Below, one piece after another: positions 1-11,925 of a stretch of DNA of 64,000 nucleotides. A program made the position numbers and the translations under genes. The stretch spans positions 682,001-746,000 of the forward strand of contig JAANOX010000153.1 of assembly GCA_020184695.1 (NCBI GenBank), in the 5' to 3' direction. Under the pieces are notes generated by a model that did no database searches, had not been told where the DNA came from, and saw only the letters and a list, made by a program, of their open reading frames with translations. This DNA is from Histomonas meleagridis 2922-C6/04-290x (Eukaryota > Protista > Parabasalia). Numbering within the stretch: the first letter of the stretch is position 1; every line of letters begins with the position of its first letter.

Positions 1-522
1 TTTATCAAAATAATATACATTTTGATATTTGATTTAATATTGGAAATAATTTCTATTAGTGAATAATGACCTCATTGGCAATAGTTTCATGCATGAAAAC
101 GAATAAACATCGATTGCAATCACAAATAATTCATGGAACATTAAATTTTCGCAACCGCAAGGAATATTTCAGTTTTTCTGGCACAAGTCAAAGAAAAAAT
201 TGAATGTATCCAAATTGAATAAACCGAAATTATCGCTTCAATTGTAAACCGTGATTAACGGTTACCAACACAAAAAACGACGGTAGATCACGGTTGTATT
301 CGTCAGTTTGCCAATACACAAAATGAATTGAAATAAAAAAGAACAATTGTTTTTTTCTCATGTTTTTGTATTTTTCAATTAGGAGAACATTAATTTTTTC
401 AAAACACATCCATTACAACATTACAATCGAAAAAATTAAATTTTCTATCTTATCATTTTTCTCAAAATTGAATTTCTTTTTGGTTATCATTTCTACAATA
501 TTATTTTATATGAAAAAAGGAT

Positions 523-3500
523 TTATTGAGGAACATTTGCGAGCGTTTCTTTCACTCTTTGTACCTTTATGGCATCACCATTACATACAACTGTTACGAA
601 TTCTTCAGCGTTTGGCAATTGCTTTAAAATATTGAACAAAATTTGCAAGACTCTTTGTAGTATACCCGAATCATCTTCAGCTATTCCACCGATTTCTTCT
701 CTTGGCGCAGCGAACAATTTGATTGCCACCGAAGCGAACAAGTCCATTGGCTGACAATTTGTTTTCTCTGCCAACCAAACGTAAAAGTTCATCATATCCA
801 AATTAACTGTTTGATCTTCGACTGCAGGCATATGATTTAAACAAGGAACGAGGAATTGTTGAATAGGGAACTCATCACCTAAAACATTTCGACGTATTTC
901 ACCAATCAAAGCAACAACGTTATCAAGAAATGACAAATAAGAAACGGATTTTTTATGTTTCTGCTTAATTTTTGTGAATAAAATTTGTATTAATTGTCCT
1001 GTATATTGTTTAAGAAATTCTGGCGCACCAGTTGTGAATTGATTTAATACATATACACATTCATCATTATTCCTTTGTAACCCTGTGACTGCTATTTGGA
1101 ATATCTTTTGTAATATGTCAACAGGTAATTGAGTTGCACAATCTTCAACAAATTGTCCAAGTGTTTGAATTGCAAATGAAATGAAATCGGATTTCTTGCT
1201 TTCTAACATTTGTAATAATACTGGTACGAATTTTCCAAGTAGTTCAGGCGCTTTAGGTCCAAATGATGCTATCATTTCATTAAACATTTTAACAATTGGA
1301 TAAAACAATTCTTCATTATATTTGAACTCATCTTCTTGACATATTAATTTCCCATTAAAGAAATCTTGTAAAACTTCACAAAGAACATTAAAGTTTTGAC
1401 CTAAAGAATATGCACCAAATGCTCGAACAATTTCAGCTAAAACATTAAAACTTTCGCCTGCTGTTTCTAATTCGTTTGTAGTTTTAATCATATTTAATGC
1501 AATTTCCGAAAATATTAATGCAATTTGTGAATGATCAATATCAGTTTTAGCTATAGCTTCAATGAAATAAACCATTGCTTTACATGTTATATCCATTGCA
1601 TCTTGTGAAGCCAATTTTGCTTGAAGTTGTATTTCATTTATTACGTCACCAATAATTGGAGCTAATATTGATGGAAATTCATATGAAATTGATGCAAGTA
1701 ATGAAAGTGCTAATGCAGGAATTGCATACGGCGAAATTTTATCTTTATTATCTTCTTCAATTTCTAAGTAAAATGTAGCTTCACCAGTCGATTCTAATTG
1801 TTGGAATCGAAAATATTCCGCTACAAATTGTGGCCCAAGATCCTTAGCGCCAATTTGTAATAAAACTGGAATTATCTGTGGTAGTAATGCTTCGATTTTT
1901 GATGAATGAAATTGTACAATTCTACCAAATGCTTGTAAAGCAAGAATTTGTAATGATTCTTGTTCATTTACCATAAAAGGAGCAATAAATTGAGCAAATT
2001 GTAATGCATGTGGAGCAAATAATTCTCTACATGTAATTGCTAAATGTGATAAACAATCTATTGATGGTTCAGCAAGATATTGTTTATCAGTATTAAATAT
2101 AAATTGATTCATTAATTGAAATACTTCTTCGAAATGTTGTTGAATTAATGACTTTGAATGAATACATAACTCTGATAAACATGGGAATAATATTTGTTGG
2201 ACTGATTCAGGAGAATTTGCTAACCATGTAATAAGTAATTTATATGCATCTTCAAATATAGGATCAGTATTCGATGAATACTCAAAAAGTTTCGTTAATG
2301 CTAGAATCATATCTTGTGAATATTCGATAGTTAAGCTTTTAAGTATAGATGTTGCCAATTCTTCAAAGTATTCATCTATTTCTTTGAAATATTCTTCAGA
2401 TAATTCACTAATTGCATATGCTGCGGAATCACGTACTAAACGTGTTTGATCTAAACAACTTTGTGCAAATAATGGTACGATATATGAAAATTGTTCAGAA
2501 ATATCTTCCGATTTAAAACTAATTAAATGCCCAAATGATAATATTATACCTGGACGCGTATTAGGATTAGAATATAACTCATCTGTGGCATTAATAAGTG
2601 TATTAAGGAAAAATTCATCAAAAGTAAAGGCTTCACAAATGTCTTCAAAGACATCAACGCCAGAAAGTGAAAGCTGGTCTTGTGGATTAAAAAGTGCGGC
2701 CGATAGACGGAAAAACCGTTGAATGATCTCTGGAACGATTTCGGTGGAGCTTAATTCTTGTGATGCTCCTGGAGCTCCAATAGCTGATCCAACCATTTTT
2801 GCTAAGAAAGGTTGTGCTTCAATAGGTACTTCAGGATTACCTACAAGTGGAAGTATTTGATCAATTATTGATGCTGGATCTGCATATTCTGCATCATTCT
2901 CAAATGAATCATAGATCTTACGATCAAAATAAGCTAGCATATATTGATTTCCAAAACATTGTGGAATAACAGCTAACATTTGATTCCAAACTTGTGCCAT
3001 GAAAAAACGAACTTCTTGCTCTTGCGAAAGAAGTCCATTCCCAATTCGGAAGGCAAGGTCAAGAGCTGGAATAGGAGATGGAAGATTTAATCCTTGTCTG
3101 ATGAGAGAGATGAAAAATTGCGTAAATTGTGGAAGTTCATCTAGATCTAAACTTTTTACCAACATAAGAGATGAAACAAGCAAGTTTTGATTTCCTGATT
3201 CTAATGAACGATTTGCAAATTCTAAAATTAATTGTTGTGATTGAATTGTTTTAAGTTTAGAAATTACTTGTTTGATGTTTTTTTGAAGATCTGGGTTTGT
3301 TTCATTTTGCAAAACTTGTAATAATTGTTGAACCATTGCAGTTTTTGTTTGGTCATTAATCATTTGGTTATGCACAATGACTGCACGACGAAGTGCAATA
3401 GCAGCATTTTTTCTACAAAACAGATCATAATTATTTGATAAAATTGTTAATAATGATTGAATTGATTGAGGATCTTGGTAAATTTTCTCTGCTAGTTGTG

Positions 3501-3582
3501 TTGCTTGGGCAATTGCTGTATTGTCTATACCAGCTTTAATAACATTATAAATTTCTAGAATTTGATTTAAATATGGATCCAT
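523..3582 (-). CDS. Importin-beta/karyopherin family HEAT-repeat protein (importin-4/Kap123-like)
   Basis: Intact 1019 aa ORF, helical HEAT-like repeats throughout, N-terminal IBN_N-like segment (CRKNAAIALRR) and HEAT motifs such as VRDSAAYAISELSE. Confidence 0.8.
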   Translation of the reverse strand: MDPYLNQILEIYNVIKAGIDNTAIAQATQLAEKIYQDPQSIQSLLTILSNNYDLFCRKNAAIALRRAVIVHNQMINDQTKTAMVQQLLQVLQNETNPDLQKNIKQVISKLKTIQSQQLILEFANRSLESGNQNLLVSSLMLVKSLDLDELPQFTQFFISLIRQGLNLPSPIPALDLAFRIGNGLLSQEQEVRFFMAQVWNQMLAVIPQCFGNQYMLAYFDRKIYDSFENDAEYADPASIIDQILPLVGNPEVPIEAQPFLAKMVGSAIGAPGASQELSSTEIVPEIIQRFFRLSAALFNPQDQLSLSGVDVFEDICEAFTFDEFFLNTLINATDELYSNPNTRPGIILSFGHLISFKSEDISEQFSYIVPLFAQSCLDQTRLVRDSAAYAISELSEEYFKEIDEYFEELATSILKSLTIEYSQDMILALTKLFEYSSNTDPIFEDAYKLLITWLANSPESVQQILFPCLSELCIHSKSLIQQHFEEVFQLMNQFIFNTDKQYLAEPSIDCLSHLAITCRELFAPHALQFAQFIAPFMVNEQESLQILALQAFGRIVQFHSSKIEALLPQIIPVLLQIGAKDLGPQFVAEYFRFQQLESTGEATFYLEIEEDNKDKISPYAIPALALSLLASISYEFPSILAPIIGDVINEIQLQAKLASQDAMDITCKAMVYFIEAIAKTDIDHSQIALIFSEIALNMIKTTNELETAGESFNVLAEIVRAFGAYSLGQNFNVLCEVLQDFFNGKLICQEDEFKYNEELFYPIVKMFNEMIASFGPKAPELLGKFVPVLLQMLESKKSDFISFAIQTLGQFVEDCATQLPVDILQKIFQIAVTGLQRNNDECVYVLNQFTTGAPEFLKQYTGQLIQILFTKIKQKHKKSVSYLSFLDNVVALIGEIRRNVLGDEFPIQQFLVPCLNHMPAVEDQTVNLDMMNFYVWLAEKTNCQPMDLFASVAIKLFAAPREEIGGIAEDDSGILQRVLQILFNILKQLPNAEEFVTVVCNGDAIKVQRVKETLANVPQ

Positions 3583-4013
3583 TTTTTTCTCTATTTTTGA
3601 CCGTGGTCATGCTGGAAACTTAGCTTAAAAAAAGTAAATTATCCTCATGAAATAGTAAAAACAATTTCTTACAACAGAATTACAGGTTAATATCAATACT
3701 TTAAAAAAAAATTAAAAAATCATAAAAATGATGAAAAATTAATTTCAAGAGAAAATAATTTTTAATGCTTAAACAACAAAGTAATTATACCAAAAATCAA
3801 TGTGGATTCGAGTGAATACACATAGAAGGAAATTTAATTGTAAATTTTGAAATTAATTTCTTTTCTCAAAAAAATAACCATCAACAATCTATATAACTTA
3901 ATTACTTTTTTTTTATTTTCCAATCAAGTTATATAAAATAATTTTTAAATTTCTAATGAAATAAATTATGTTAAACGATAAACAAAAGGAAAGCGTAATA
4001 AAATGTAATTTGT

Positions 4014-4826
4014 TTAATCAATTGGTAAAGAAAGTAAGTGTTCGACTTCTTTTGTGTTTTGATCGGCATTCTTCAATACATCTAAAAATGACTGGATATC
4101 ATGGATTGCCTTATTGAGGGCGCTCTTGGATGAATCCTTAAGAGATATTTTAGCGAGTGCTGCTTGAATTTGTCTTCCGATTAATTTGTCTTTCATCTTT
4201 ATATCTGATGATTGGCATATGTCATTCATGAATTTGAGAAGATTTATGAGCTCACGTATAGCTGCTTGGAGGGATCCTCGACTTCCGGATGAGGCTAAAC
4301 GCGAAAGTCCGAGTTGTTCCTCTGCTGATGCATCTATGACGTATTCAATTGGTGTGGAAACAATGATTCCATTAGATGTTTTGATAGAGAAAACATCGAT
4401 CTTTGGTGGGTTGGATGGCTTCATCCAAATGTGGATAAAAGATGCGCCTTCTGGAATAACACTTGGGCAATCAATTTGTCTCTGACTAAATGTGTAATAT
4501 CCAAGGAGTTCTTCATTTCTGAAAAGTAATTCGTGTTCTCTGTGCATTTTTTCGCGAAGTGCTTCATCAATGGATGATGTTTTTGATGGAACGCATGGAA
4601 AACTATCGTAAACAATTGCTTCGTTATCGGTTACTTCACCATAAAGAACTCCAATCGCTTCACGTTCTTCGCCTCTAAGTAGTGGTTGTTGTTTGTTTGA
4701 AAGTGATCGCTCAAATGCATCAGCAATTGAAAAAATTACAAGTGGGTGGATTTTAACAAGTGAAATAGGAGGCTTGCTGATTTCTGTATCAGTGAATAAG
4801 ATGCTATTTCTGGATGTTGTATACAT
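4014..4826 (-). CDS. MPN/Mov34-domain protein, eIF3 subunit F-like (non-catalytic)
   Basis: VKIHPLVIFSIADAFER...AIGVLYG...DSFPCVP matches the MPN-minus fold of eIF3f/Rpn8/CSN6; the SIxDxFER and C-terminal GRQI pattern favour eIF3f. Confidence 0.7.
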   Translation of the reverse strand: MYTTSRNSILFTDTEISKPPISLVKIHPLVIFSIADAFERSLSNKQQPLLRGEEREAIGVLYGEVTDNEAIVYDSFPCVPSKTSSIDEALREKMHREHELLFRNEELLGYYTFSQRQIDCPSVIPEGASFIHIWMKPSNPPKIDVFSIKTSNGIIVSTPIEYVIDASAEEQLGLSRLASSGSRGSLQAAIRELINLLKFMNDICQSSDIKMKDKLIGRQIQAALAKISLKDSSKSALNKAIHDIQSFLDVLKNADQNTKEVEHLLSLPID

Positions 4827-5189
4827 ATATAAGCGAGTGGCCGAGAAATAACCGTAATAATTCTGTTGAACCGCCGCCGATAAGCCAAAAATAAACTAAG
4901 GAAACAAAATTTAAAACAATTTCTTCAAAAAAATGATAATTATTATTTGTTGTATACTTCCATCAACGGATAAAAATCAGAAAGTCCATACTTGGCGTTA
5001 GTAATGCCAGTCTTTAAAAGGACTTATGATTTAAGAATATGCTTTTATAATGTTAACATTAATTTCATAATTTTTTGCTTGAGAGATACATAACATCAAA
5101 AATTATTCACCAATTTTCTGTAATGATCTATTTCTTTAGAATTGTTATCACTATAAAATACAAAAAACAAGAAATAACACCACAATAGT

Positions 5190-6554
5190 TTAATCAGTAT
5201 TAAGAAATCCTTTGAACATATTATATATTATTTCAAACAATTGGTTTTCCATATCCCCTTCGGATGTATCGCTAAAAGCTTCATGTATTTTATCAACTTC
5301 TTCCGGGTTATTCCCTATGTAAGAAGCGATATTTGAAAATGCTTTTACTACCATTTCATTATGTTTTGGAGCCAAATCATTTTTTATGAATTCCACGAAC
5401 TCATAAAACATATTAATTTTTGTGTGTTCAAAGAATGCATTCCAAAGCAATTGTATCACATTACCGCTAATACAAATTAGATTCAATGATCTAATGATTA
5501 TGTTTTTCCTATTTCTAAATGATAACGAATAATAATTACTAATAATTTTTATAAAAGAATCACTATCTAATACCAATAGAAAATCATCATATGAATAACC
5601 CATTATATAAAAAAGAATATGAATAAATTGACATATACTTGATTCTCCGAAATTTTCAATTTTTGTAACAAGTTCAATAATTTGTTTTGTTGCTTGCTTC
5701 ATTTCAGCATTATCTGTCTCACAATAATTACGAACAATTGACAACAAGTAAAACATTTCTAAACCACGTGGAAGTGCAAGTTGAAATAATTCGAAGATAT
5801 TTATCGATGTAAAAAATTGATAAACAAGAAAAGTGTCAGCATCAAACGTGATGTGGTAAAGATATTTAAGTGTGTACAGAACAAATGGTGTATTATAATG
5901 AAGAATACACGTTATACATTTGACTGTAATTGGGATACAAAACTCAATAAGAAAATTTGGATATTTTTCTTGAACATACTCATAATTTTTGAAAAATGAA
6001 ACTAAAAATCTCAAACAACCTGTAAGAGCTTCAAGTGACCGAACGTCTTGTGCGGATTTTTCACAGTAATAGTCAATGTTCTTGGGTAAAAGCCAAACTA
6101 TCGAATTTTTATCATTTATCTGTGAAATGAGAAAATCGGGATAGATAGTAAAAACTTTGGCATAAATGCGAAGAATCGATCTAACAATTGGAAAATCATC
6201 TACATCAGAACCAAGAATTTTAAGAAAAGTGCTAAATAATTCATCTGAAAGAATCCCATCAAGATATTTGTTTTCTTCGCATATTGCCCATCGGTAAGGC
6301 TTAAGGAGAGGTTCCTTGTATGCATATTTATCTGATTGAAGATTTTCCATTAATAATTCAATAATTAATTTGTCAGAACAAAGTGAAAACTCTTTGTTTT
6401 TTGCCTGCTTCTCAAGAAGTGAAATTCCAACCATATAAGTCTCATAGCGTGATGACAACAATTTTTGATAAACAATATGAAAATCTTCCGTATCATAATG
6501 TTGAAGTATTGAAGTGTTACCAAAATTTCTCTTTGATGCTTTGTAACCGATCAT
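5190..6554 (-). CDS. Hypothetical alpha-helical (ARM/HEAT-like) protein
   Basis: Intact 454 aa ORF with amphipathic helical composition; no diagnostic motif recognised. Confidence 0.55.
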   Translation of the reverse strand: MIGYKASKRNFGNTSILQHYDTEDFHIVYQKLLSSRYETYMVGISLLEKQAKNKEFSLCSDKLIIELLMENLQSDKYAYKEPLLKPYRWAICEENKYLDGILSDELFSTFLKILGSDVDDFPIVRSILRIYAKVFTIYPDFLISQINDKNSIVWLLPKNIDYYCEKSAQDVRSLEALTGCLRFLVSFFKNYEYVQEKYPNFLIEFCIPITVKCITCILHYNTPFVLYTLKYLYHITFDADTFLVYQFFTSINIFELFQLALPRGLEMFYLLSIVRNYCETDNAEMKQATKQIIELVTKIENFGESSICQFIHILFYIMGYSYDDFLLVLDSDSFIKIISNYYSLSFRNRKNIIIRSLNLICISGNVIQLLWNAFFEHTKINMFYEFVEFIKNDLAPKHNEMVVKAFSNIASYIGNNPEEVDKIHEAFSDTSEGDMENQLFEIIYNMFKGFLNTD

Positions 6555-6735
6555 AAAATGAATTTCTTGGCAAGTGAACTTCTCTGTGAAGCAGAAAAGT
6601 TAAAACCGTTATGAAATTAACGGTCAAATGAATACTTAAACGGTCATTTCGAACGAGGCTATTTTTTGACATTTTATCATAATGTAAACTATTCAATGTT
6701 TTTTGACTAACCGTTTATTTGAACGCAAGTTATTG

Positions 6736-7476
6736 ATGAATGGCGAACCTGACGCACAGCTCTATGTTCCAGATAATCCTCAAGAAAAAGCAGATAATGA
6801 CTCACTTTCTTTTCAGTTTCATATTAATGTAAAGTGGATTCCAATTGTTTTTTCTATTATTTTAATTATTATGATAATTGTAAATTATGCAATGTTTGAT
6901 ATAGAAAAAGGTGAATGGCCAACTATTTCTAGAACAGCTAGTGTATTTCCAATGAATCGTATTTTTGCAGTATGCATGTCATGTTCAGGATTTATCATAT
7001 TCTTTTACTGCAATGGAGTTGTTGATCACCTTCAATTAAGTGGCTTTTCGTCTGCCAAATATTTCAAAATTGCGGCAGTAGCTGTCCCAGTATTTCTAAT
7101 TGCAATAGGTAATTGTGGCATGAATGATAATCTTACAGCTCACAATACACTTGCAGGTATAGGGTTTTTAACATTTCTTGTTTTCCCTGTTTTAATATTT
7201 TTTGGGCATCATAAAATTGGAATCTTGAGATACAAAATTCCCAAAATTGTTCTAGCAATTTTGACATTTGTTTGTCTAATTCCTTTTGTATCGCTTGTAG
7301 GACATGACAGGCATTCTAAAGCTGCGCATGCGCTCACTGTGTTTGAGTTCATCACTTTGTTCTTGCTGTTCATTCTTTTCCTTTTGAATATTATTGAATT
7401 CAACGAAATAAAAGTTGATTTCAAGTTTGGTGAATCGGAATTTGACACTTCAGATTTAACCAAAAATCTTGTTTAA
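6736..7476 (+). CDS. Frag1/DRAM/Sfk1-family multi-pass membrane protein
   Basis: About six hydrophobic segments; WPTISRTA and AHNTLAGIGF motifs typical of the family; first ATG at 6736 (the ORF track starts at a TTG). Confidence 0.7.
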   Translation: MNGEPDAQLYVPDNPQEKADNDSLSFQFHINVKWIPIVFSIILIIMIIVNYAMFDIEKGEWPTISRTASVFPMNRIFAVCMSCSGFIIFFYCNGVVDHLQLSGFSSAKYFKIAAVAVPVFLIAIGNCGMNDNLTAHNTLAGIGFLTFLVFPVLIFFGHHKIGILRYKIPKIVLAILTFVCLIPFVSLVGHDRHSKAAHALTVFEFITLFLLFILFLLNIIEFNEIKVDFKFGESEFDTSDLTKNLV

Positions 7477-7559
7477 TAAATAGTACTATATTAATAAATT
7501 ATTATGATGTAAAATAAAAAATAATTCTTCTTTTGTTCAATGAGTAATTTTATTATTCC

Positions 7560-7940
7560 TATTTAATATTTGGAAATTATTTACATTATTTAAAATTGCA
7601 TTTATGTGGGCAGCTTTTAATAATCGTTTTACTATTTCTGTGTAACCCTTTACAGATGCAAGTGTAGGCGCTGTATTAAATAATTTAAATAATTTGCAAA
7701 TATTATATTTTGAAATCCAAAATTATTAAAGTAAATATAAAATAAAACAAATAAATATTTTTAGCATTGATATCAATTCTTTTTTGTTCAAGAAGTAATT
7801 TAACTATTTCTATATGACCTTTTTCTGATGCTTCAATAAGTGTTGTTTCAAATAATTCCCAAATATTATATTGAAATAAGAAATTATTAAAATAAATATA
7901 AAATAAAACACATAAATATCTTTTGCATTAATATCAATTG
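7560..7940 (-). pseudogene. Orphan fragment of the interrupted ankyrin-repeat family (about 2.5 repeats with two inserts)
   Basis: Minus strand reads IDINAKD-[71 nt]-TTLIEASEKGHIEIVKLLLEQKRIDINAKN-[82 nt]-TAPTLASVKGYTEIVKRLL; no start codon or DUF3447 part; lies between two convergent genes. Confidence 0.85.
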
Positions 7941-7973
7941 ATAATTTAAATAAACTTATTTACGACAGATTTA

Positions 7974-9199
7974 TTATACATATTTATCTATTTCTTTCTC
8001 CAAATCGAATATTGATTCGAATATTCTCTTTCCCTCTGCATTCATCACTCGATGTTTCTTATCAAACAGCATCACTTGTTCGTTCTTCAATCCGATTCCA
8101 TTGTAAGCCAAAACGTCAGTTGGTCGATTTCCGAATCCGAACACAATCGGGTTCACGTTGTCTGGGAACAGCGACTGCAAGTTCTTCAGCGCAGGTATCT
8201 TGAACTCGTGTGGCTTTCGCTTAAATTCTCGTTTGAATGCCTTAAATAGTCGATCGGGACAAGTGATCAATGGGCCATCAGGAATCGAAACCCCATTTTG
8301 CTGAATCTTTTGCAACATTTTCCGCGTTAGTGGTGCTTCCCCAATTGGCCTTGAGCTTAAATATATAAATACAAATCCGCGTTTGGCTAAATGGGAATAT
8401 AATTGTACAAGACCAGGATGTGTCCAATCCTTACCAACGGCTGGTAAGAAATGACCTAAAATATCAGAACTGGTAACTGTTCCATCAACATCTGAAACAA
8501 TAAATTTGGTGTTAGTGTTAAATAGGAAAAGTGACGCGGTGACCGTTTTCGGACCTTGAATAAGAGACGAGACTGTGAAGGTGATGACGTTCTTGTTGGG
8601 GTTAAGAAGATGTCTAATGCCTGCAAGAAGAACAGGTGATGGTGTGGGATCAATTTCGATTGAGGTAACTTCTGGATCATCGGTTATGGATTGTGACTTA
8701 GTGGATTGTGAAAGATCAATGGAACCTAATGCAGTGGAAATAGGAAGTGGATCTGGGTCTTCATAAAGAAAACATGCTTCTGTGTCAACAGATGAATCAC
8801 GTGTAAGGATTTGAAAATCAAGTTCTTCTGAGGAATTAACAACACGAGCAGGTTCAGATTGTGAGAGAACTGAGCGAATATCTTTAGGCTTGATGGTAAC
8901 GTTTGATGTTGACTTCATTGGATATGAGATTGATGTAGGATTGGCTTTAATTTGTTGAGATTCAAAAAATACACCCCTACCACGAAGATCAACACACATA
9001 AAAAATGGTGCAGTTTGGTCGTTAATTGAGATTGATATAATTTTACCTGTATGATGAAAAAGACCTAATTTTCCAAAGCGCAAGTGCCATGGCGATGACC
9101 TAAGAGTTCCATCTGGATGCTCAATTACGATTATGTCTAAAGCACCTGAAAGAGTGGATGGGTTGTATTTTATCATTTTTTCAAGATTTGGGTTTCCAT
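7974..9199 (-). CDS. PAH1: Lipin/Pah1 phosphatidate phosphatase
   Basis: NLIP motif NPSTLSGALDIIVIEHPDG..SSPWHLRFGK; HAD motif IVSDVDGTVT and GFGNRPTD. In-frame ATG at 9176; the Inr-adjacent ATG at 9199 needs one extra A in an A6 run. Confidence 0.92.
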
Positions 9200-9209
9200 A
9201 CAAAAATAC

Positions 9210-9215
9210 AAGTGA
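9210..9215 (-). promoter_or_regulatory. Trichomonad initiator (Inr) element TCACTT
   Basis: TCACTT lies 11 nt upstream of the ATG at 9199, matching the parabasalid Inr consensus TCAYTW and its usual spacing. Confidence 0.55.
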
Positions 9216-9385
9216 AAATTGTGGGAAATAACCGTCATTTCGGAATTATTTTTATTTGACCAGATATTAATACAAAACATGCGGATTAGTAAACACCTCA
9301 AATCCATAAATTAGGGTGCCCTGCCACTTTCAACATTTCTTTGAAATTTTTCCGTTATTTTTTTGGGGTGCTCCAAATATTTGAA

Positions 9386-10347
9386 ATGAATGATTTGGAT
9401 CAACTTCTCAGCCTTGAACCAGCAGAATTAATGGATCTTTTCAAAAAAGGAGATACAATAAATGAAATTGTTGTTAGTCAATTATTAGACAAATTAAATG
9501 AGATTAATGCAGAGTTACCAAATGTTCTTTTACTTCATGCTCCAATAACAATATGTGGTGATATTCATGGTCAATTATTTGATTTAGGGAATTTATTTTT
9601 AGCTGGAGGTGATATCAAAGATACACAATATCTTTTTATGGGTGATTATGTTGACCGTGGCTATCAATCTATTCAAACATTTCTTTATCTTGCCTTCCTT
9701 AAAGTCAAATATCCTCAACAAATTCATTTATTACGTGGAAATCATGAAGCACGTTCTGTTAATTTCGCTCATGGACTTAGTGATAGCTCTCTTAAGTTAT
9801 ACAACACTCATACAGTCTACAAGCTATTAAACGAGAGCTTTGATTTACTTCCATGTTGTGCCGTCATTGATCAGCGGGTCTTTTCAGTTCACGGTGGCAT
9901 CAGTCGCCATGCGCCATCGCTTATGAACATTCAGTTATGCGATCGATTTCGTGAAATTCCATCTGCAGAATTTGATGAAGTTACAGACAATGATCGAATT
10001 CTTATTGATCTTTATTGGTCAGATCCGAGTGATGATGTAGAAGAGTATGCGCGCGGTCCGCGTGGTGCAGGATCACTTTATGGGCGAAAGGCGTTCGATC
10101 GCTTTATGCATTTTAATCATTTAAATCTATTGACGCGTTCGCACCAAATGGCGAAGAAGGCTTCCATTATTACTTCGGGGATCGACTTCTTCTTGTTTGG
10201 TCAGCGCCGAATTACATGTACACGACGAACAGCAAAGCGACAGTTCTTAAACTTGACGAACATCACAATCGTCGACTTGTTGGATTTGAAGCACACGAAG
10301 ACAGCGCCATTATGCCCGACACGACCACACTTTCATACTTTGTCTAA
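9386..10347 (+). pseudogene. PPP-family Ser/Thr phosphatase, frameshifted paralogue/copy of 19034..19996
   Basis: GDIHG, GDYVDRG, RGNHE and WSDP motifs; one base missing near 10152 (GCGAAG versus GCAGAAG) shifts the C-terminus. Confidence 0.85.
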
Positions 10348-10627
10348 ACATTGTCATGAAACACATTTTAATAAACAAATTTCATGAAAATATAAACAAT
10401 TTAAAACATAAAATAATTTTAATAATTTTTTGTTCTCATTCTCATTTCTTGAATACAATAATTGATTTTAAATATATGAATATCACCATATAAAGATATT
10501 AAGGAAATGTAATCATAAATTTCATATATATTTACAAAAATAACTGATTTAAGTTAGAATGATGAAATATTATTATGAATTAAAAAAGAATAAAAAAAAT
10601 ATTTAATATTTAATATATATAAAATAT

Positions 10628-11800
10628 TTATTGAATTAATTTTAAAATAAAATCCCGAATGTGATTGATGTTAGTTGAACTGCGTTCAAGAATTTCTTCA
10701 ACAATTTGATAACTTATTTTATTGATGTCAACATATTCACTCAAATATTTGTTTCGCGTGTTTTTCGGCAGTACGAAGATGTAATATAACATAAACAAGT
10801 GAATCGTGCGTATCATTATGTGTTGAAGAATATTTTATTATATCTTCGAAGTCTTGACTTGAAACTTTATAAATTGTTTCATTCGAATAAATTTCATTCA
10901 AATGATTCGATATAAATTTAATAACAAAATTCTTTTTCTTCTTTCATCGGAAAAATATTTAAATATTCGACACAATTATAAACTGTGATGTTGCGTTCAA
11001 GAGAAAAGTTAAAATTATTCGAAATTTCGTCGATTTCTAAATATTTACAAATAATACCAAAGAAATATTCGTTCTCTTCACTAACTTCAACACATTGTAA
11101 ATGAAGATATTCGATAATTAATTCAATCGGACCTTCAATGTTCGGAAGATTAATGAAATTATTTCGACTTTCTGAGATTTTACGTGATAAAAATGATCCA
11201 ATGCTACGAATAATTCCATAACGACGTCCAAAATAAATCAAATAAAAATCATAAAGTTCTTTCATAGAAAAAATATTTAGAAGTTCTTCTCGTGGAACTT
11301 CAAAAACATTTTTCTTGACTGGTAATAATGTTTGAAGTTGATATTGATTTAATGTTTTTAGTCACATGTGTAATATTAAATTGATTGTTAGTACAAAAAA
11401 TATATGAACCTTGACTTTTGACTCCTGGAAAAATTAACTGATGAAAATTATAAATACCTAACGTAGAAAGTAGATCTTGAAACCGTTGATCAAGATTCAG
11501 TGATTGATCTCCAAACATTAAATAAACACTTTGAATGTCTTGAATGTTATCACGTGTAGTAACTTTAAGTTGTCGTTGTCCAACATTAATAATATCTTTA
11601 GTAACACGTTCAAATGATGCCGAATTATCTTCAAATTGAATTAACGATGTTTGAAAGTCAAAAAGATCTTCTTTATATTTAAAACGAAAAATATGAAGAA
11701 GAAGAATCTTACCATATTTACTGAATGTTTCAAATATATCTTTTTTCGTGCTATATTTCGGTAAATTTTCAACAAGTGCATAACATTTTTTTGGTGGCAT
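10628..11800 (-). pseudogene. Frameshifted copy of the RRM protein gene 17583..18752
   Basis: Same sequence broken into three ORFs by single-base homopolymer insertions. Confidence 0.85.
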
Positions 11801-11925
11801 CTTAGAAAAACTGTCATAATTAACGGTTCCTTCATTCTTATTGATTTTTTATTTGATTTGATAAATGAAAAAAAATTCAGAAAATTTTTTTAAAAAAAGA
11901 AATGACGTTGAAATAAATATATGTT

